The notes under the pieces were generated by a model, which ran no database searches, was not told the DNA's origin, and was given only the letters and a program-made list of their open reading frames with translations. From Octopus vulgaris (taxonomy: Eukaryota): 64,000 nucleotides of DNA. Every line of letters begins with the position of its first letter. Within the stretch, counting starts at the first letter, position 1. Below are positions 39,331-53,251 of this stretch, piece after piece. The DNA lies in NCBI GenBank assembly GCA_951406725.2, contig OX597830.1:65968001-66032000 (forward strand). Reading direction: 5' to 3'. The position numbers and the translations under genes are program-made.

Positions 39331-40744
39331 TGGTGCCAAGAATTATGAATCTATAACAGTTGATGCAGGAATATTTCATTCACACACTGGATTGTTGAGG
39401 TATCCAAAGACTTGATATTCAAGAAGAGATTTGTAAACCATTAACACTAGCATGGTTTCCTATAACTTTCTTTAGTATTCTACAGAAAAATTTCGATCCA
39501 TCTCTAATGAAACATTTATCGGTCATGCAGTACTTACTGCTTAGAGTGGTGAATCGTACCTCTTCATAAGATCTGTGTACTGCCAGGTGGACTGAGACAG
39601 TGAGAATTAGGTCTTTTCCCTTTTACTTGTTTCAGTCATTTGATTGCAGCCATGCTAGAGCACCACCTTGAAGGGTTTTAGTTGAACAAATCGACCTCAG
39701 ATCTTTTTTTTTCATTTTCTCAGCCTAGTACTTATTCTATTGGTCTCTTTTGCCAAACCATTAGATTAAGGGAACATAAACACACCAACATCAGTTATCA
39801 AGCAGTGGTGGATAACAATCACATATGTAAAGACACACCCTCTCTCTCTCTCTCTCACACACACACATATATATACGCCAGGCTTCTTTCAGTTTCATAG
39901 AGAATGAGACAATAAAATAATCACATCATGTGATCACATGACCAACCAGACTATCAGATGTAGTTACACATCGCTGGTCACAATGCGCTTTTGCATTGCT
40001 TTAGCCTTCAAATGACACCAGCCCTCTGGCTAGGCAAGTAGCCCCCCCCCCCCTTGATTGAAGGGGGATTGGAGCAAGATGAAATAAAGTGTTTTGCTCA
40101 AGAACACAATGTGCTGCCCTGTCAGGGAATCAAACCTGCAATCTGACCACTAGAATAAGTACCAAGCTTTAAAACAATTAGTAGGATTAATTTGTTTGAC
40201 TAAACCCTTTAAGATGGTAGCCCAGCATGGCTGTAGTCCAGTGATTGATACAAACAAAAGAGTAAAAGGATCTCAGTGACTAATTCTGGTCAAGAAAGAC
40301 AAGGGAGATAAATTTAGATTCAAATTAATTAAAAAATAGAATACAACAGTGAAGAGTGAATCTGATCTTTGGCAGTGCTGGGACAACTGTGGATAGGCAC
40401 TGGTTTTATTAGAGGAAGATATTCACACCAACACTTTACAAACTGCTCAGATTTAAATACTATTGGCGATGCACTTGTGACACCCTTGTCAGCAGTGACA
40501 TGCCACAAGATTTAGGCAACACATGGTGGTCTAAATACAGAGAAAAACTTCCTGTAATATCATGCTATAAAAAGCTTATCTATAAGCAATTAGCTAAAGC
40601 TAAAATACTTATAAGTAACACTGTAATAAGTAGATTATTAACGAAATTATAACTTTCACACATCAGGCTTAAATGGTTTGCTGTCAGAGCAATAGAAAGA
40701 TACCAAAATACCATGGTTATGATGGTTGTAATAATGTAAATGAT

Positions 40745-41045
40745 GAGGTGCAATGGCCTAGGGGTTAGGGCATCAAACTCGCAGTCAGAGGATCGCAGTC
40801 TCGATTGCCAGACCGGGTGTTGTGTGTGTTTATTGAGCGAAAACACCTAAAGCTCCAAGAGGCTCCGGCAGGGGGTGGTGGCAATCCCTGCTGTACTCTT
40901 TCGCCCCAACTTTCTCTCACTCTTTCTTCCTGTTTCTTGAGTAATGCTGCAATGGACTGGTGTCCCGTCCAGCTGGGGGGAACACATACGCCAAAGAAAC
41001 CGGGAAACCGGGCCCATGAGCCTGGGTAGGCTTGAAAAGGACACA
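40745..41045 (+). mobile_element. Family E tRNA-headed SINE
   Basis: gaggtgcaatggcctaggggttagggc head; matches 19668-20003. Confidence 0.85.
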
Positions 41046-42114
41046 AAAATATTTTTAAAAATAATAATGTAAATAAACAGACAAAAAAAATAAGTGTGTC
41101 TTCTTATCTTGACATCATATGATGGCTGTAAATGAGTGTCACCACCATACAAGTGGTGTTATTTGTAACTAGGCTTCTGTGAAAACATGTTCAGCCAAGG
41201 GGAAATATTACCTTATTTGGAAACAGGTGAGGGAATCCAACTGTGGAAAATCTACCGCAACTAATTCCAAATATGAATGAAACGCATGGCTGTGTGGTTA
41301 AATAGTTCACTTCTCAACCATATGGTTCTCGGTTCAGTCTCACTGTGCGGTGCCCCGGGCAGGTGTCTTCTTCTGTAGCCCCAGGCCAACCAAGGCCTTG
41401 TAAGTAGACTTGACAGATGGAAACTCACACATACATATACGTGTTTGTGTGTGTATGTGTCTTGACATCATGCAATGGCTGTAAACGAACATCATTGTTG
41501 TACAAGTGGGGTTATTTTTTTTCTAGTCTTCTTGAAAACATGTCCGGCCAAGGGCTGGAAATATTACCTTACTTGGAAATAGGTTAGGGTCAGCAACAGG
41601 ACAGGCATCCGACCATAGGAAATTTACCTCAACAAATTCCATCTGACTTAGGCAAACCTGGAAAAGAAGACGATGATGAGGAGGAGGAGGATGATGATGA
41701 CGATGACAACGACGATGACAAAGGAAAATGTTTTGCTTCAGTTTTAGCCTTTTGTAAGAATTGTTGCAGTTATGTGCTAAGTCAACCTTGATATAGTTGA
41801 CATATGATCAAGGTTTTCCAGCCATGACCATCCCATCTCACAAATACATATGTGTGTTTGTGTTAGTCCCCCATCATGCCTAACAACCGATGTTGGTCTG
41901 TTTATGTCCCTGTAACTTAGCAGTTCAGCATATAGGACCAATAGAATAAGTAGCGGGCTTTCAAAATAAGTCCTAGGGTTGATTGGTTTGACTAAAATTC
42001 TTCAAGGTGGTGCCCCAACATGGCCCCTGCCCAATGACTGAAACAAGTAAAAGACTATGTGTATGTATATATATGTATGTATGTACATATGTACATGCAT
42101 GCATACATGATCCA

Positions 42115-42330
42115 GGGCGGCAAGCTGGCAGAAACGTTAGCACGCCAGGTGAAATGCTTAGCGGTATTCCGTCTGTCTTTATGTTCTGAGTTCAAATTCT
42201 GCCGAGGTCGACTTTGCCTTTCATCCTTTCAGGGTCGATAAATTAAGCACCAGTTGCATACTGAGGTCGATCTAATCAACTTTCCTCCTCCCCCAAAATT
42301 TTGGGCCTTGTGCCTAGATAAGAAAAGAAT
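42115..42330 (+). mobile_element. Family B SINE
   Basis: Conserved core. Confidence 0.9.
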
Positions 42331-42937
42331 ATGTATTTGTTTGTAGGACAGAAGAAGGGTATGACATGAAAGATCTTTTTGCTGCTTTTTCTAGCAGGTC
42401 TAACAACTGCTTAGAGGGTTCCTCATTGGCTCATATTTCAGGAATGTTTTACACATGCCAAGAATTTCAGAGTTTGTTTATGTTTTTTTTTTTAAATTTG
42501 TTTTAACATCTTTATTTTGCAAGATCACAAAATTTTTGTTGAATAATATTTTGTGAGAGGAAGGGGTCATTTCTTAAATACAGTGAGTTTATGCCTGCTT
42601 CTAGAATTATCATGTTAATGTTATGTAAGTATTATTATTAGGGTCTCACTGTTTCTCCCATAGTTCTGTTAAATAAAAGGAGCTTCCTACTATATGATAT
42701 TGGTGATACTACTTTCCATTTGCTTACTTCATTCCTGATTCTTTTAATCTTCTTCTCCCATGATGGTCTCTCCACATTTTACTAATCAAATTTAATTGCT
42801 TTTAATTAATTACTTATTCCTGTGTTTTCCAGCCCAAAGGCTGTGACCATGCTGGGACACTGCCATTGTGCTGGGAATTATTTTTTTTAAGGGAGTTGGT
42901 TAACAGTTCTCACTTGCTGTATATGTATATATATATA

Positions 42938-43168
42938 AGGCGGCGAACTGGCAGAACTGTTAGCACACCGGGCAAAATGCGTAGCCGTATTTCGTCTGCC
43001 GTTACATCCTGAGTTCAAATTCCGCCGAGGTCGACTTTGCCTTTCATCCTTTCGGGGTCGATAAATTAAGTACCAGTTACGCACTGCGGTCGATATAATC
43101 GACTTAATTTGTTTCTCTGTCCTTGTTTGTCCCCTCTGTGTTTAGCCCCTTGTGGGTAATAAAGAAAC
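42938..43168 (+). mobile_element. Family B SINE, near consensus
   Basis: Conserved head, core and tail. Confidence 0.92.
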
Positions 43169-43422
43169 ATATATAGAGAGAGATATGCAAGCAAGCATGC
43201 GTGCATGTATATATGTATATATATGTATGCATATATGTATGCAGCCTGCAATCGTGCATCTATGTATGTATGTGGATAATAGATATACATATCTTTCATA
43301 ATATGTTTGACTATTTGCCACTAAAATTAAAATTTAATTAAAGTTCATAACAATACTATGTTCATAACAATGCTATGTGAATGAATTGGAATAGAATAGA
43401 AGAGTTTTCAACAAATTTTACA

Positions 43423-43509
<87 letters not shown>

Positions 43510-43590
43510 TAAGAATCAGCAAGCAAATTAGCTAGTTGAGAAAATCTTTGTAAAAGATGAAAGCAATAACTATACTGAGAAGTAACATTA

Positions 43591-43683
43591 ATCACCACTT
43601 AGACATGACCGTTCTGTAGGAACCGATGTTACAAACACCAGTAAATGTCGGTTCTGTAGGAACAGCCATGTTTAAGTGGTGAT
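43591..43683. repeat. Short imperfect fold-back
   Basis: atcaccacttagacatg..gaaccga versus tcggttc..catgtttaagtggtgat. Confidence 0.8.
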
Positions 43684-44489
43684 AAACATTTCTTCTTCAT
43701 TTAAGAATCTATAAATTACAAAAAATGCACTCATAAATTTGTCAGTAGGGTAGGTATATTATTTAAAGTGTACAGTATTATAAATCCGTTACAGTCAATG
43801 TTTCTGATTGGTTTTGCACTAGAGGTTCAATGGAGTGTTAGGTAACAGTCTGGTTACATAACCCTGCACTCTTCAGAGGTGGCAGTTATGGAATGAAGTA
43901 TGGCAACACACACACACACACACATATAGGATCTTCAAATTTACTTGCATCACATTTCCACCAAATGTACAGTTAATTCTCGCCATATCTTCTCCCAATA
44001 TCATTTGAAGCTTGTTGGAGCAGATCAAACTCACACTTTGCGTGTCCTCTTTATATTCTGGCACGTCTGTCCTCGTTTACAACAGTTGTTTGACTCATAA
44101 AAGAACACTGTGATAAATGACTGAGTGTGAATGAAATAAACTGTAAAGTCATTGACACCAAACTCATGGCTCACAGCAACGAAGCTTCCACCATTACGTA
44201 TTTTCTAGATTATCTCTACCTTTTCCAGTAGAGAGAATACACTTGCTATGTAGTTTGTTAGGATCAGGTGCCTATGTATGTTTTCCGATCCTTTCTCCCA
44301 TGGTTTTGTGGAGGTTTCCATGAGCAACTTTTGGAGGTCTCCCCTCTTTTGGGGAATTTTCTTTTTGGAATTTTTGTTTCTTTGTTTTTGTTATTTTTTT
44401 CTTTACATGCCTTTATCTAAACCCCTTGTTGCATTGTTTCCTGTACCATCCTTAATTTGCTTGTCAACCTTTATTGGTTAATAACGAAT

Positions 44490-44800
44490 TCATTATATAT
44501 CTTATATTTAACAACATTGTGTATCTTGTATTTGATACCATTGTGTTTATTATCTCACAACTTACATTTGATATACTATATTTGACATTGTTATATATTT
44601 TATCTTTGATTGACACTGCTTTATCTTAAATTTGGTAATGTTATATATCTTATACTTAATACTGTTATATCTTATATTTGATACTGTTATATATATCTTA
44701 TGTCATATATTTGATACTATCATATAGCTTATATTTGACTGACGCTTTTATATATATCTTATATTTGATATCATTTTAAACCTATTTAATATTTATATAC
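44490..44800. repeat. Degenerate AT-rich minisatellite (tatatcttatatttgatactg-like unit)
   Basis: Recurring cttatatttga core. Confidence 0.75.
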
Positions 44801-45918
44801 CTTAGAGATAATATAGGGTGAAGAAGACTCTTTAGAATTGTTGAGGGCTTGACGACCTCTCTAATGCTGGTGCCACATTAAAATGCACTTGGTGCACTCT
44901 ATAATGTGGTTGGTGATAAAAAGGTCCTGCAACTGTAAACACCGTGTTGTCACTCACGTATCTGAGTAAGACTTGGTCCTCCGACCTGTCTAAGAGGACA
45001 GTAACTCTCAGTAAGAACTGATGTGGACAGTGATGAATCACCTAACCCTGCAAGCTTGGAAAATGGCCATAAAATGCTGATTACCATATATTTAAGAGAG
45101 AGAGCGAGAGATACATACACACACAAACATTTATATATACATATACATATACATATACATATATATATATTTAGTGTTGACTGTCAGAGAAAGAGCACTC
45201 AATACCTTAGTAGAGATTAATAGTATGTTTTATTATGGCCGAGTCAGTCTCTTATTTCTCTGAGTTTCACCTGTGGTTGCACAGAATATTCAGACAAATT
45301 ATGAACTGAAAAATGATGGGGATTTGCTCGTCTTTGTACAGGCTTGCTGTCATAGAATTTGGTGGTGGAGAGAAAATATGATAAATGGGGATTCTCTTTC
45401 CTTTCTTTTTTTCTCTTTCTCATGTCTTTGTCTCTTCTCTCCTCATCTCCACCTTTTATCATATTCCTCTCCATCACTTTTACCTTATGACAGGGAAGCT
45501 GTATGCTGATATGCAAAGCCCATCAATCTTCAGTCATGACTTACTTGAAGATCCTGTGTACTCACAGGTGAAACACAGAGCAGCAAGAGACTGGCTCTAC
45601 CAAAATTATGTATATGAATATATGTGTGTGTGTGTAGTTCTTAGTGAGGGATTATCAATCCGGGCAGAATACTTTATAAGCTCTCTACTAATTTGCCAGG
45701 CTAACATTATTGTTTTAAAAAAATATATATAATGACCATTATTTATACCCTCTCTCTCTCTCACATACACACACACAAACACTCACACACACATTATTAA
45801 CTACATATACTTAACATATATGCTTTGTGTATTTTCTAGTAGCTGCAATACACAAAACATATACACATCGAGTATATGTGGTTAATAGTATCTATTAAAC
45901 TAGAGCTGCTTTTATTTC

Positions 45919-45959
<41 letters not shown>

Positions 45960-46320
45960 TGTTCACATATATATATGTAACCATATATATATATCGATTT
46001 ATTGGTCGATTTAATGTGTATTATTTAGTATAGTAATCTTTAGTACTATATTAATAATATATTTAAATTTATATTTTATTATAGATAATATCTTTCACTA
46101 TTAATTGAATTACTTTGATGGAGGTTCTGTCTCTTAATTCTCTATATATATATGTATGTATATATATATATATATTTATATTATATTGAGGGTACTACTA
46201 TTCGTATATATGTATATATATGTATATATATGTATATATATGTATATATATATATATATTTATATATATGTATATATATGTATATATATGTATATATATA
46301 TATATATATGTATATATATG

Positions 46321-46351
<31 letters not shown>

Positions 46352-46856
46352 GTATATATATATATGTATTGATACCATTTATCTTAATATTTTAATACTA
46401 TTCCCATCATTACTATCATGGTCTTTGATTCTTTCTGTTTACCTGCCTGTCTAGCTGCTTGATTAACTGTCTCTAGCTACCTACCTATCTGTCTACTTGC
46501 TTGTCTGTCTGTCTATCAAGGTGATTGTCTGTTTCCCTGTCTGCTTGTCTACCTGTGTAGACAACCTATCTACCTGTATGTCAGTTTGTCTGCCTACCTT
46601 TTGCAGACCAACACTTATAATTGCTGAACCATCATATTCTCCCCCTCACCTTCTTTTAACCATGGTCCTTTATCTGATCATTGTGACCATCAACATGCAG
46701 CTACTCATTACCAACGTCCTCGTTAGCATTGATTAATTTCCGCTACATATTAGAGTCTCTTTGCTAGGAGCATGAAATTTTTTGCCTATGGGCAAAATTC
46801 TATCTGCAGTCAGATTTGGAACCACATATTGACGAAGCTCTCTAATTACTTATCCC

Positions 46857-47125
46857 ATCACGTGATCACGTGACTGACCAGGCTATCAGATGTTGTTACA
46901 CATCGCTGGTCACAAGGCACTTTTTGTATTGTTTAGCCTTCAAATGACACCACCTCACTGTCTATGCGAACAGTCCAACATCCCCCCCACTGATTGAAAG
47001 GGGGACTGGAACAATGTGGAATAAATTATTATGTTCAAGAACACAATGCACTACCCAGTCAAGGAATCGAACCCACAATCTAGTGATCATGAGTGCAACA
47101 GCCTAACCACCAGGCCACGTGCCTT
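46857..47125 (-). mobile_element. tRNA-headed SINE (same family as about 39925-40150)
   Basis: Shared ctatcagatg..ttacacatcgctggtcac..agccttcaaatgacacc; tRNA-like head at the right end. Confidence 0.75.
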
Positions 47126-47475
47126 CACTAATTACTTATATGCAGAGAAAAAGGACCATAAAAACAAAACAGCTAGTTTACGCCTTAAGACCAAAACAGT
47201 AATTTAATATAACTTTGCTTTCAACACTATCTGATTAATTAATCCATTATTACTGTATTTTAATTAATGTTGCTTGATGTGATTGCTTGCATACCTGTGA
47301 ATTTGTATAGTTAAAGAAGATTCATCATTCTTAGTACAGATGCACCCTCACAAGTTCTTATGTACTTACAGTTTGCACTTGGTGCTAAAATGCCTCTCAA
47401 TCTCTGCTCTCTGCAGTCACTCAAGCTGCTGAATATAGCAGCCAAGTTTCCCTAAGATCACATCCTGCAATCTTG

Positions 47476-47853
47476 TGTGGTAAGTAGCTTGCTAACCAAC
47501 CACATGGTTCTGGGTTCAGTCCCACTGCGTGGTACCTTGGGCAAGTGTCTTCTTCTATAGCCTCGGGCCGACCAAAGCCTTGTGAGTGGATTTGGTAGGC
47601 GGAAACTGAAAGAAGCCTGTCATATATATGTATATATGCGTGTGCGTGTATGTTTGTGTTTGTACCCCTAGCATTGCTTGACAACCAATGCTAGTGTGTT
47701 TACGTCCCCGTCACTTAGCAGTTCGGCAAAAGAGACCGATAGAATAAGTACTGGGCTTACAAAGAATAAGTCCCGGGGTCGATTTGCTCGACTAAAGGTG
47801 GTGCTCCAGCATGGCCGCAGTCAAATGACTGAAACAAGTAAAAGAGTAAAAGA
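47476..47853 (+). mobile_element. Family A SINE
   Basis: Homology to 10910-11340. Confidence 0.92.
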
Positions 47854-48126
47854 GCATATATAAAAAGAGGAAGGCCTCACTTATTAATGTAATTCTTAAT
47901 ACAGTGCCTTACCATATTCCTGTTGAAGTGCACTGCCTTTGTTTCAAATAATTTTGAAAATAACAAAGAATTCAGCAAAATAACTTTGTCATTATTTAAG
48001 TGGTGCTTGGAACTTAAATTAACAAGAAACTTTAATGGAAGGTGTTAATTTAGATCACTTTAAAACGGAGATTGTATCATAGGGCCATGGACAATCACAA
48101 GAGAGTTGGCATTAAAAGGGTTAAAA

Positions 48127-48660
48127 TCATCATCATCGTTTAACGTCCGCTTTCCATGCTAGCATGGGTTGGACGATTTTGACTGAGGGCTGGTGAGCCA
48201 GATGGCTGCACTAGGCTCCAATCTTGATCCGGCAGAGTTTCTACAGCTGGATGCCCTTCCTAATGCCAACCACTCTGAGAGTGTAGTGAGTGCTTTTACG
48301 TGCCACCGGCATGGGAGCCAGTCAGGCGGTACTGGCAATGACCTTGCTCAAATCTTTTTACACATGCTGCCAGTAAGGCGATGCTGGTAATGATCACACT
48401 CGAATGGTGCCTTTTACGTGCCACTGGCACGGAAGCCAGTTAGCCGCTCTGGCAACGATCACGATCAGATGGTGCTCTTAGCACCCTACTAGCATGGGCA
48501 CAAGTGCCAGTAAGGCAACGCTGGTAACAATCACACTCGAATGGTGCCTTTTAAGTGCCACTGGCATGGAAGCCGGTTAGCCACTCTGTCAACGATCACA
48601 CTCGTATGATGCTCGTTGTACCCCGCTAGCATGGATGCCAGTCATCGAATTTGATTTTGA
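48127..48660 (-). mobile_element. Family C element with internal tandem repeats
   Basis: Nin-like core plus repeated gccagtaaggc..cgaatggtgccttt..gccactggca units. Confidence 0.88.
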
Positions 48661-49507
48661 TTAAAATAATTTTAAACGATGCATGATCATTCATGACTGG
48701 AATGCTTTTAATCATGTCTACTCAAAGAAGACTGTCCTAGGGCTAAACAACCGTTAATAGATCATCTACCATGTTTTTTGCTTTTTTATAGAAGGCAAGT
48801 AATGTTAAGGGGGTTTCTCTGGTAATTTTCTAACAAGTTATCGGTCTGCTAATTGTTTAATGTCAAATTTCTCTCAGGTCTTCACCACCTGCAGACATAA
48901 GAAACAAATATTCCAATTATGTTGGAGGAATGGTGACAGCGTTGGCAAAACAGAAAGGAGCGAGTAAGTGAGAGGTAAGCAGGCTTGAACAGGTTTTGGC
49001 ACTAGAGCCATGGAAACTCATAAAAAGCAACAATACAAACAAATGTTTCCTGCTGAAAAGACCACCACCACTGAAGTTTTAAACTGTTGTTTGTCAGTTG
49101 TTACCAAGGGAATCATCCGAAGAATTCATGTCGAACAATAAACGTAGTGATTTAGTTCTGTTGTCACTGCTACCATTGCTGCTGCGGCTGGTAATTAGTT
49201 CTTTTGATTAAGTAGAATGTCAAATGTTGTAACTAAAAGGAGAGCATATACACAAGTGCCCAGTTAATCATCATCATTGTTATCATTGACATCAGCATCA
49301 TCATCAACAGCATTGTCATTTTAATGTTCACTTTTCAATGCTTGCATGGGTTCAATGGAATTTGTGGAACCAAATTTTGTATAAGCTGGATGCTTTTCCT
49401 GTTGCTAACCCGCACCTGTTTTCAAGTAAGATAATATTTCCCCATTGCCAGACGTGTTTTTCATGGAAGATTTGAAACAAAGAATATTGCTTGTATGGAG
49501 GTGATAC

Positions 49508-49707
49508 AAGGACATCATGCTCGGAATGGTCAGTGGCAAGAGAGGAAGAGGCCGACCAAGAACCCGCTGGCTTGACACCATCAAGAGGGATACCGGAATG
49601 GACATAGCCAATCTGAAAGAAGCGGCCCAGAATAGAACTGACTGGAGGACACTGATCCAACGAGTGACCGAGAGTCGACTTCGACTGAGCAGATAGATAG
49701 ATAGATA
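49508..49707 (+). mobile_element. 5'-truncated RTE-BovB-like LINE with 11-bp TSD and (AGAT)n tail
   Basis: KDIMLGMVSGKRGRGRPRTRWLDTIKRDTGMDIANLKEAAQNRTDWRTLIQRVTESRLRLSR*; ggaggtgatac at 49497-49507 and 49708-49718. Confidence 0.93.
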
Positions 49708-50633
49708 GGAGGTGATACTCATTTACAACTATCTTGTGATGTCCAGACAAGCAGACACCAACACACACCAGCAAGTTAACTTGGGATTCCTCAACGACTA
49801 TGTAACCTTCATTTAATTTTGGTATCTTTGGCCTGATGAGTAGCTAGTGGAGTACTCCTCATTGAGTAATTATTACGTTCACAGATCTGCTCGCTAGGAA
49901 ACCTATGCAGCCTGGATTTTACCTGCTCCATTCTTTCAATTTGGAATTTTATTCACATTCATAGCAACCCTAGTTGCTCACCGTGAACTTGGCAAAAACA
50001 TTTTTTCAGATTATCGAACTTTGATATGGGAAAAGCCTACAATCTTCTCTGTCAGTAAACTATAATTGTTCCTGAAAGTTGTTCCACAGACTGCTCAAAG
50101 CTTATTAACTTCCTACACTGAGATCCTTGGATCTAACAATTACATACCATTATTATATACATAGATGAGTTGGCAGAATTGTTAGCATGATGGACAAAAT
50201 GCTTAGCAGTATTTTGCCTGTCACTATGTTCTGAGTTCAAATTCCACTGAGGTCTACTTTGCCTTTCATCCTTTTGGGGTCATTAAATTAAGTATCAGTA
50301 AAACACTGGGGTCAATATAATCGAGTAGTCCCCTCCCACCAAATTTCAGGCCTTGTGTCTTTAATAAAAGGGATTATTATCATCATCATCATCATCATCA
50401 TTATTATATATGGTGGTTTTGAGAGGTAATGGTGTCAGTAATACCCAAAGGTGTCAGGTAATGCTGAGTAAGTGCTATGGATAGATCATAGGTAAGCTCC
50501 AGGTTCGGTGATTATGCGAATAAGGAGTCCATCGTAGGTCATATATCAGCATGTGTATATATATAAAAAAAATTTTTTCAGAATGAGATAAAAAAACCAA
50601 GGCTGTGAAGATTTTAAAACATTTATAAATAGG

Positions 50634-50679
50634 TCTTACAGCTGTTTCCAGGATATTTCATATATCCCTTCATCAGAGA
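50634..50679 (-). ncRNA. Minimal type I hammerhead ribozyme motif (family P4)
   Basis: Minus strand tct-CTGATGA-a-gggatat-atgaa-atatcct-g-GAAAC-agct-GTA-aga: intact core, palindromic AGCT in stem III, GUA site. Confidence 0.7.
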
Positions 50680-51789
50680 GGGTGTGATAAAATGGTTAAG
50701 CAATAGTTAATTTAGATAAGATACAAAATAGAGAGTGAAGTGGAGGAATGAAAATAGATGTGAAATATGCAGGGATATTGCATTTGTAGATCCATTATTT
50801 AGGCAGGATGGTACACATATAAGATTCCAAGACCTTGTTAGTGAAATCCAATAGTATTTAAAATGAGTCATTCCAAGTATAGAGTTTGTACACAGTGCTG
50901 TTGAATCAAGGGTTTTATTTAAAGTCCACCAAATCCACTCACAAAGCTTTGATTACCCTGGAGTTGTAGTAAGAGACACTCGTCCCTTGTCATCTCATTG
51001 GAAAGGTTCAGTATCCTGAGGTCATCCTTCAGTGCATTGTCCCATATCTTTCTGCATCTCTCTCTTCCACAAATTCTATCCACCTTGAGAGATTGAAAAC
51101 CTGGGAAATCGTGGTGAAAGCTGATTTCAAAAAGCTAAGCTTCATTAAGATAACAAAGGATTGTAAAGAATCAACACTACGCTAGAGACAACTCCAGCCC
51201 ATGCAAGTATGGAAAAATAGACGTAAAATGAAATTATGGTTCACCTTTAATAAACTCTGCTCTAAAATATCTGAAATGAACAGTGAACTGTAGACAATGT
51301 CAGGAGTTAATTGTCTTGACCCAAGAGGAAAACACAGCACTGATGACCAAATGATCTTCTAATCTCTTTGAGGATTGTCCAAATTATTATCTACCCAACC
51401 CTATCTACTTAGCCATTCATAATCTCTTTCATTTATTTACTTAACTGTTTTCTAATTGTTTTTCTATTAAGTAGTCCTCTTTATTAAGACTGGCTTCTTT
51501 CCATTACAGATTCCTCGTTAAACAAAGCTAATATCATTCTTTTTTTCTTTTTCGTTAATCTTCTTTAATCTCACCTCTTTCAGTTAATTACCCACTTCTT
51601 CTAATTATCTCCTTCAATCTGTTCTCTTTCTTAATTAAGCTCTTTTTAATCAATTTTATCTATTTAGTTAAATGTCTTCATCATCTTTAATTTCTAGACT
51701 AAACACTTCCAATTTCATAGTGTCTTGGGGAGAGTACATGTCTGTCATTTACAGTTGTTTGCTGTTGCCTTCTTCGGTTAAGCATGTCT

Positions 51790-52101
51790 TTAGTCCTCCT
51801 CCTCCTCATCATCATCATCCTTCTCATCCTCCTTCACATCTTCTTTCACCTCCTCCTCCTCTTCCGTGCAACCACATCCAAGATGCATTTCACTATGTTA
51901 TGCCACTCAGTATGTCTTGTCCTGCCCGTTTCTCCTCCTCTTTCTCTCCATCATCATCATCATGGTCACCTTTCATGTCCTTCTCCACATCCTCCTCCCC
52001 TCCGACTCTCATCTCCTCCTCCATGCAATCACATCCAAGATGCATTTCACTATGTTATGCCAGTCAGTATGTCTTGCCCTGCCCATTCTTGCTCCTCCTT
52101 C

Positions 52102-52144
<43 letters not shown>

Positions 52145-52222
52145 GGTCACCCTTCACGTCCTTCTCCACATCCTCCTCCATGCAATCACATCCAAGATGC
52201 ATTTCGCTGTGTTATGCCAGTC
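51790..52222. repeat. About 155-170-bp tandem repeat (about 2.5 units) with CCT/CAT microsatellites
   Basis: gcaa.cacatccaagatgcatttc.ct.tgttatgcca.tcag occurs three times. Confidence 0.9.
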
Positions 52223-53203
52223 AGAAAATCTCTTGTACTCCCACTTAGCTTTGGTAGGTCCCCAGACTGACCGATGCCTTGAGAGTTATTTTATGGACAG
52301 AAACTGTGAAAGAACATCCTATGTACATTATGTACATATCTATGTAGGACTTGGTATTTGTCCCCCACCCTCACCAATTTGACAACTGGTGCTGGTTTGT
52401 TTGCATTCCTATAATTCAGCAGTTTGGAAGAAGAGACCAATAGAATAAGTAGCAGTGTGTGTGTGTATGTATGTATGTATATATTTATGTCTTTGTGTCT
52501 ATGTTTGTCCCCTTGCCATTACTTGACAACTGATGTTGGGGTGTTCACGTCCCTGTAACTTAGCGGTTCAGCAAAAGAGACTGATAGAATAAGTACTAGG
52601 CTTAAAGAGCGGTCGATTTCGTCAACTAAAGCCCTTTAAGGCGGTGCTCTAGCATGGCCACAGTCAAAGGACTGAAACAAGTAAAAAGAATAAAAAAATA
52701 ATAAGAATATGAAAGAAAGTTTATGAATCACAATAGAACATTTACTACTGGAGAGATTTAATACAGAAAGTAGTGTTGAATTTAATATGTATGAGTAAAT
52801 ATATATATATATATTGTGTTTGTGTGTGTGTGTGTGCATGACTTGTTTTTAATTCCTCTTACTCCTCCTGGTGTGTAGATAGCCATTCAGTGATTACAGA
52901 ATAAAAAGTCTAATTATGATAGAAATTAATATCACTATAAAAGCAACCTGGGAGAAAAACTTTGAAAATTTTTATATGCTAAATGATTTTCATTGCAATG
53001 ATGGCTGACCACTTTGAAGCCATGTCGTTTGATGAAGTCTTAATGTGCGTATGATATAATAAACAAGATATAGTATATAGATGCAGAGTAATTAATATAG
53101 TAATTAACACGGATTTTAAACGAAGGAATTTTAAAACCAAAAATGGGATATAAATATTTTCTAAGTCATATTTTAAAATAACCAGAAAATGTGTCACCTA
53201 GTT

Positions 53204-53251
<48 letters not shown>

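Noticed and set aside
51672-52382. 236-aa Ser/Pro/His-rich ORF
   Set aside because: Open in several frames because of a pyrimidine-rich tandem repeat
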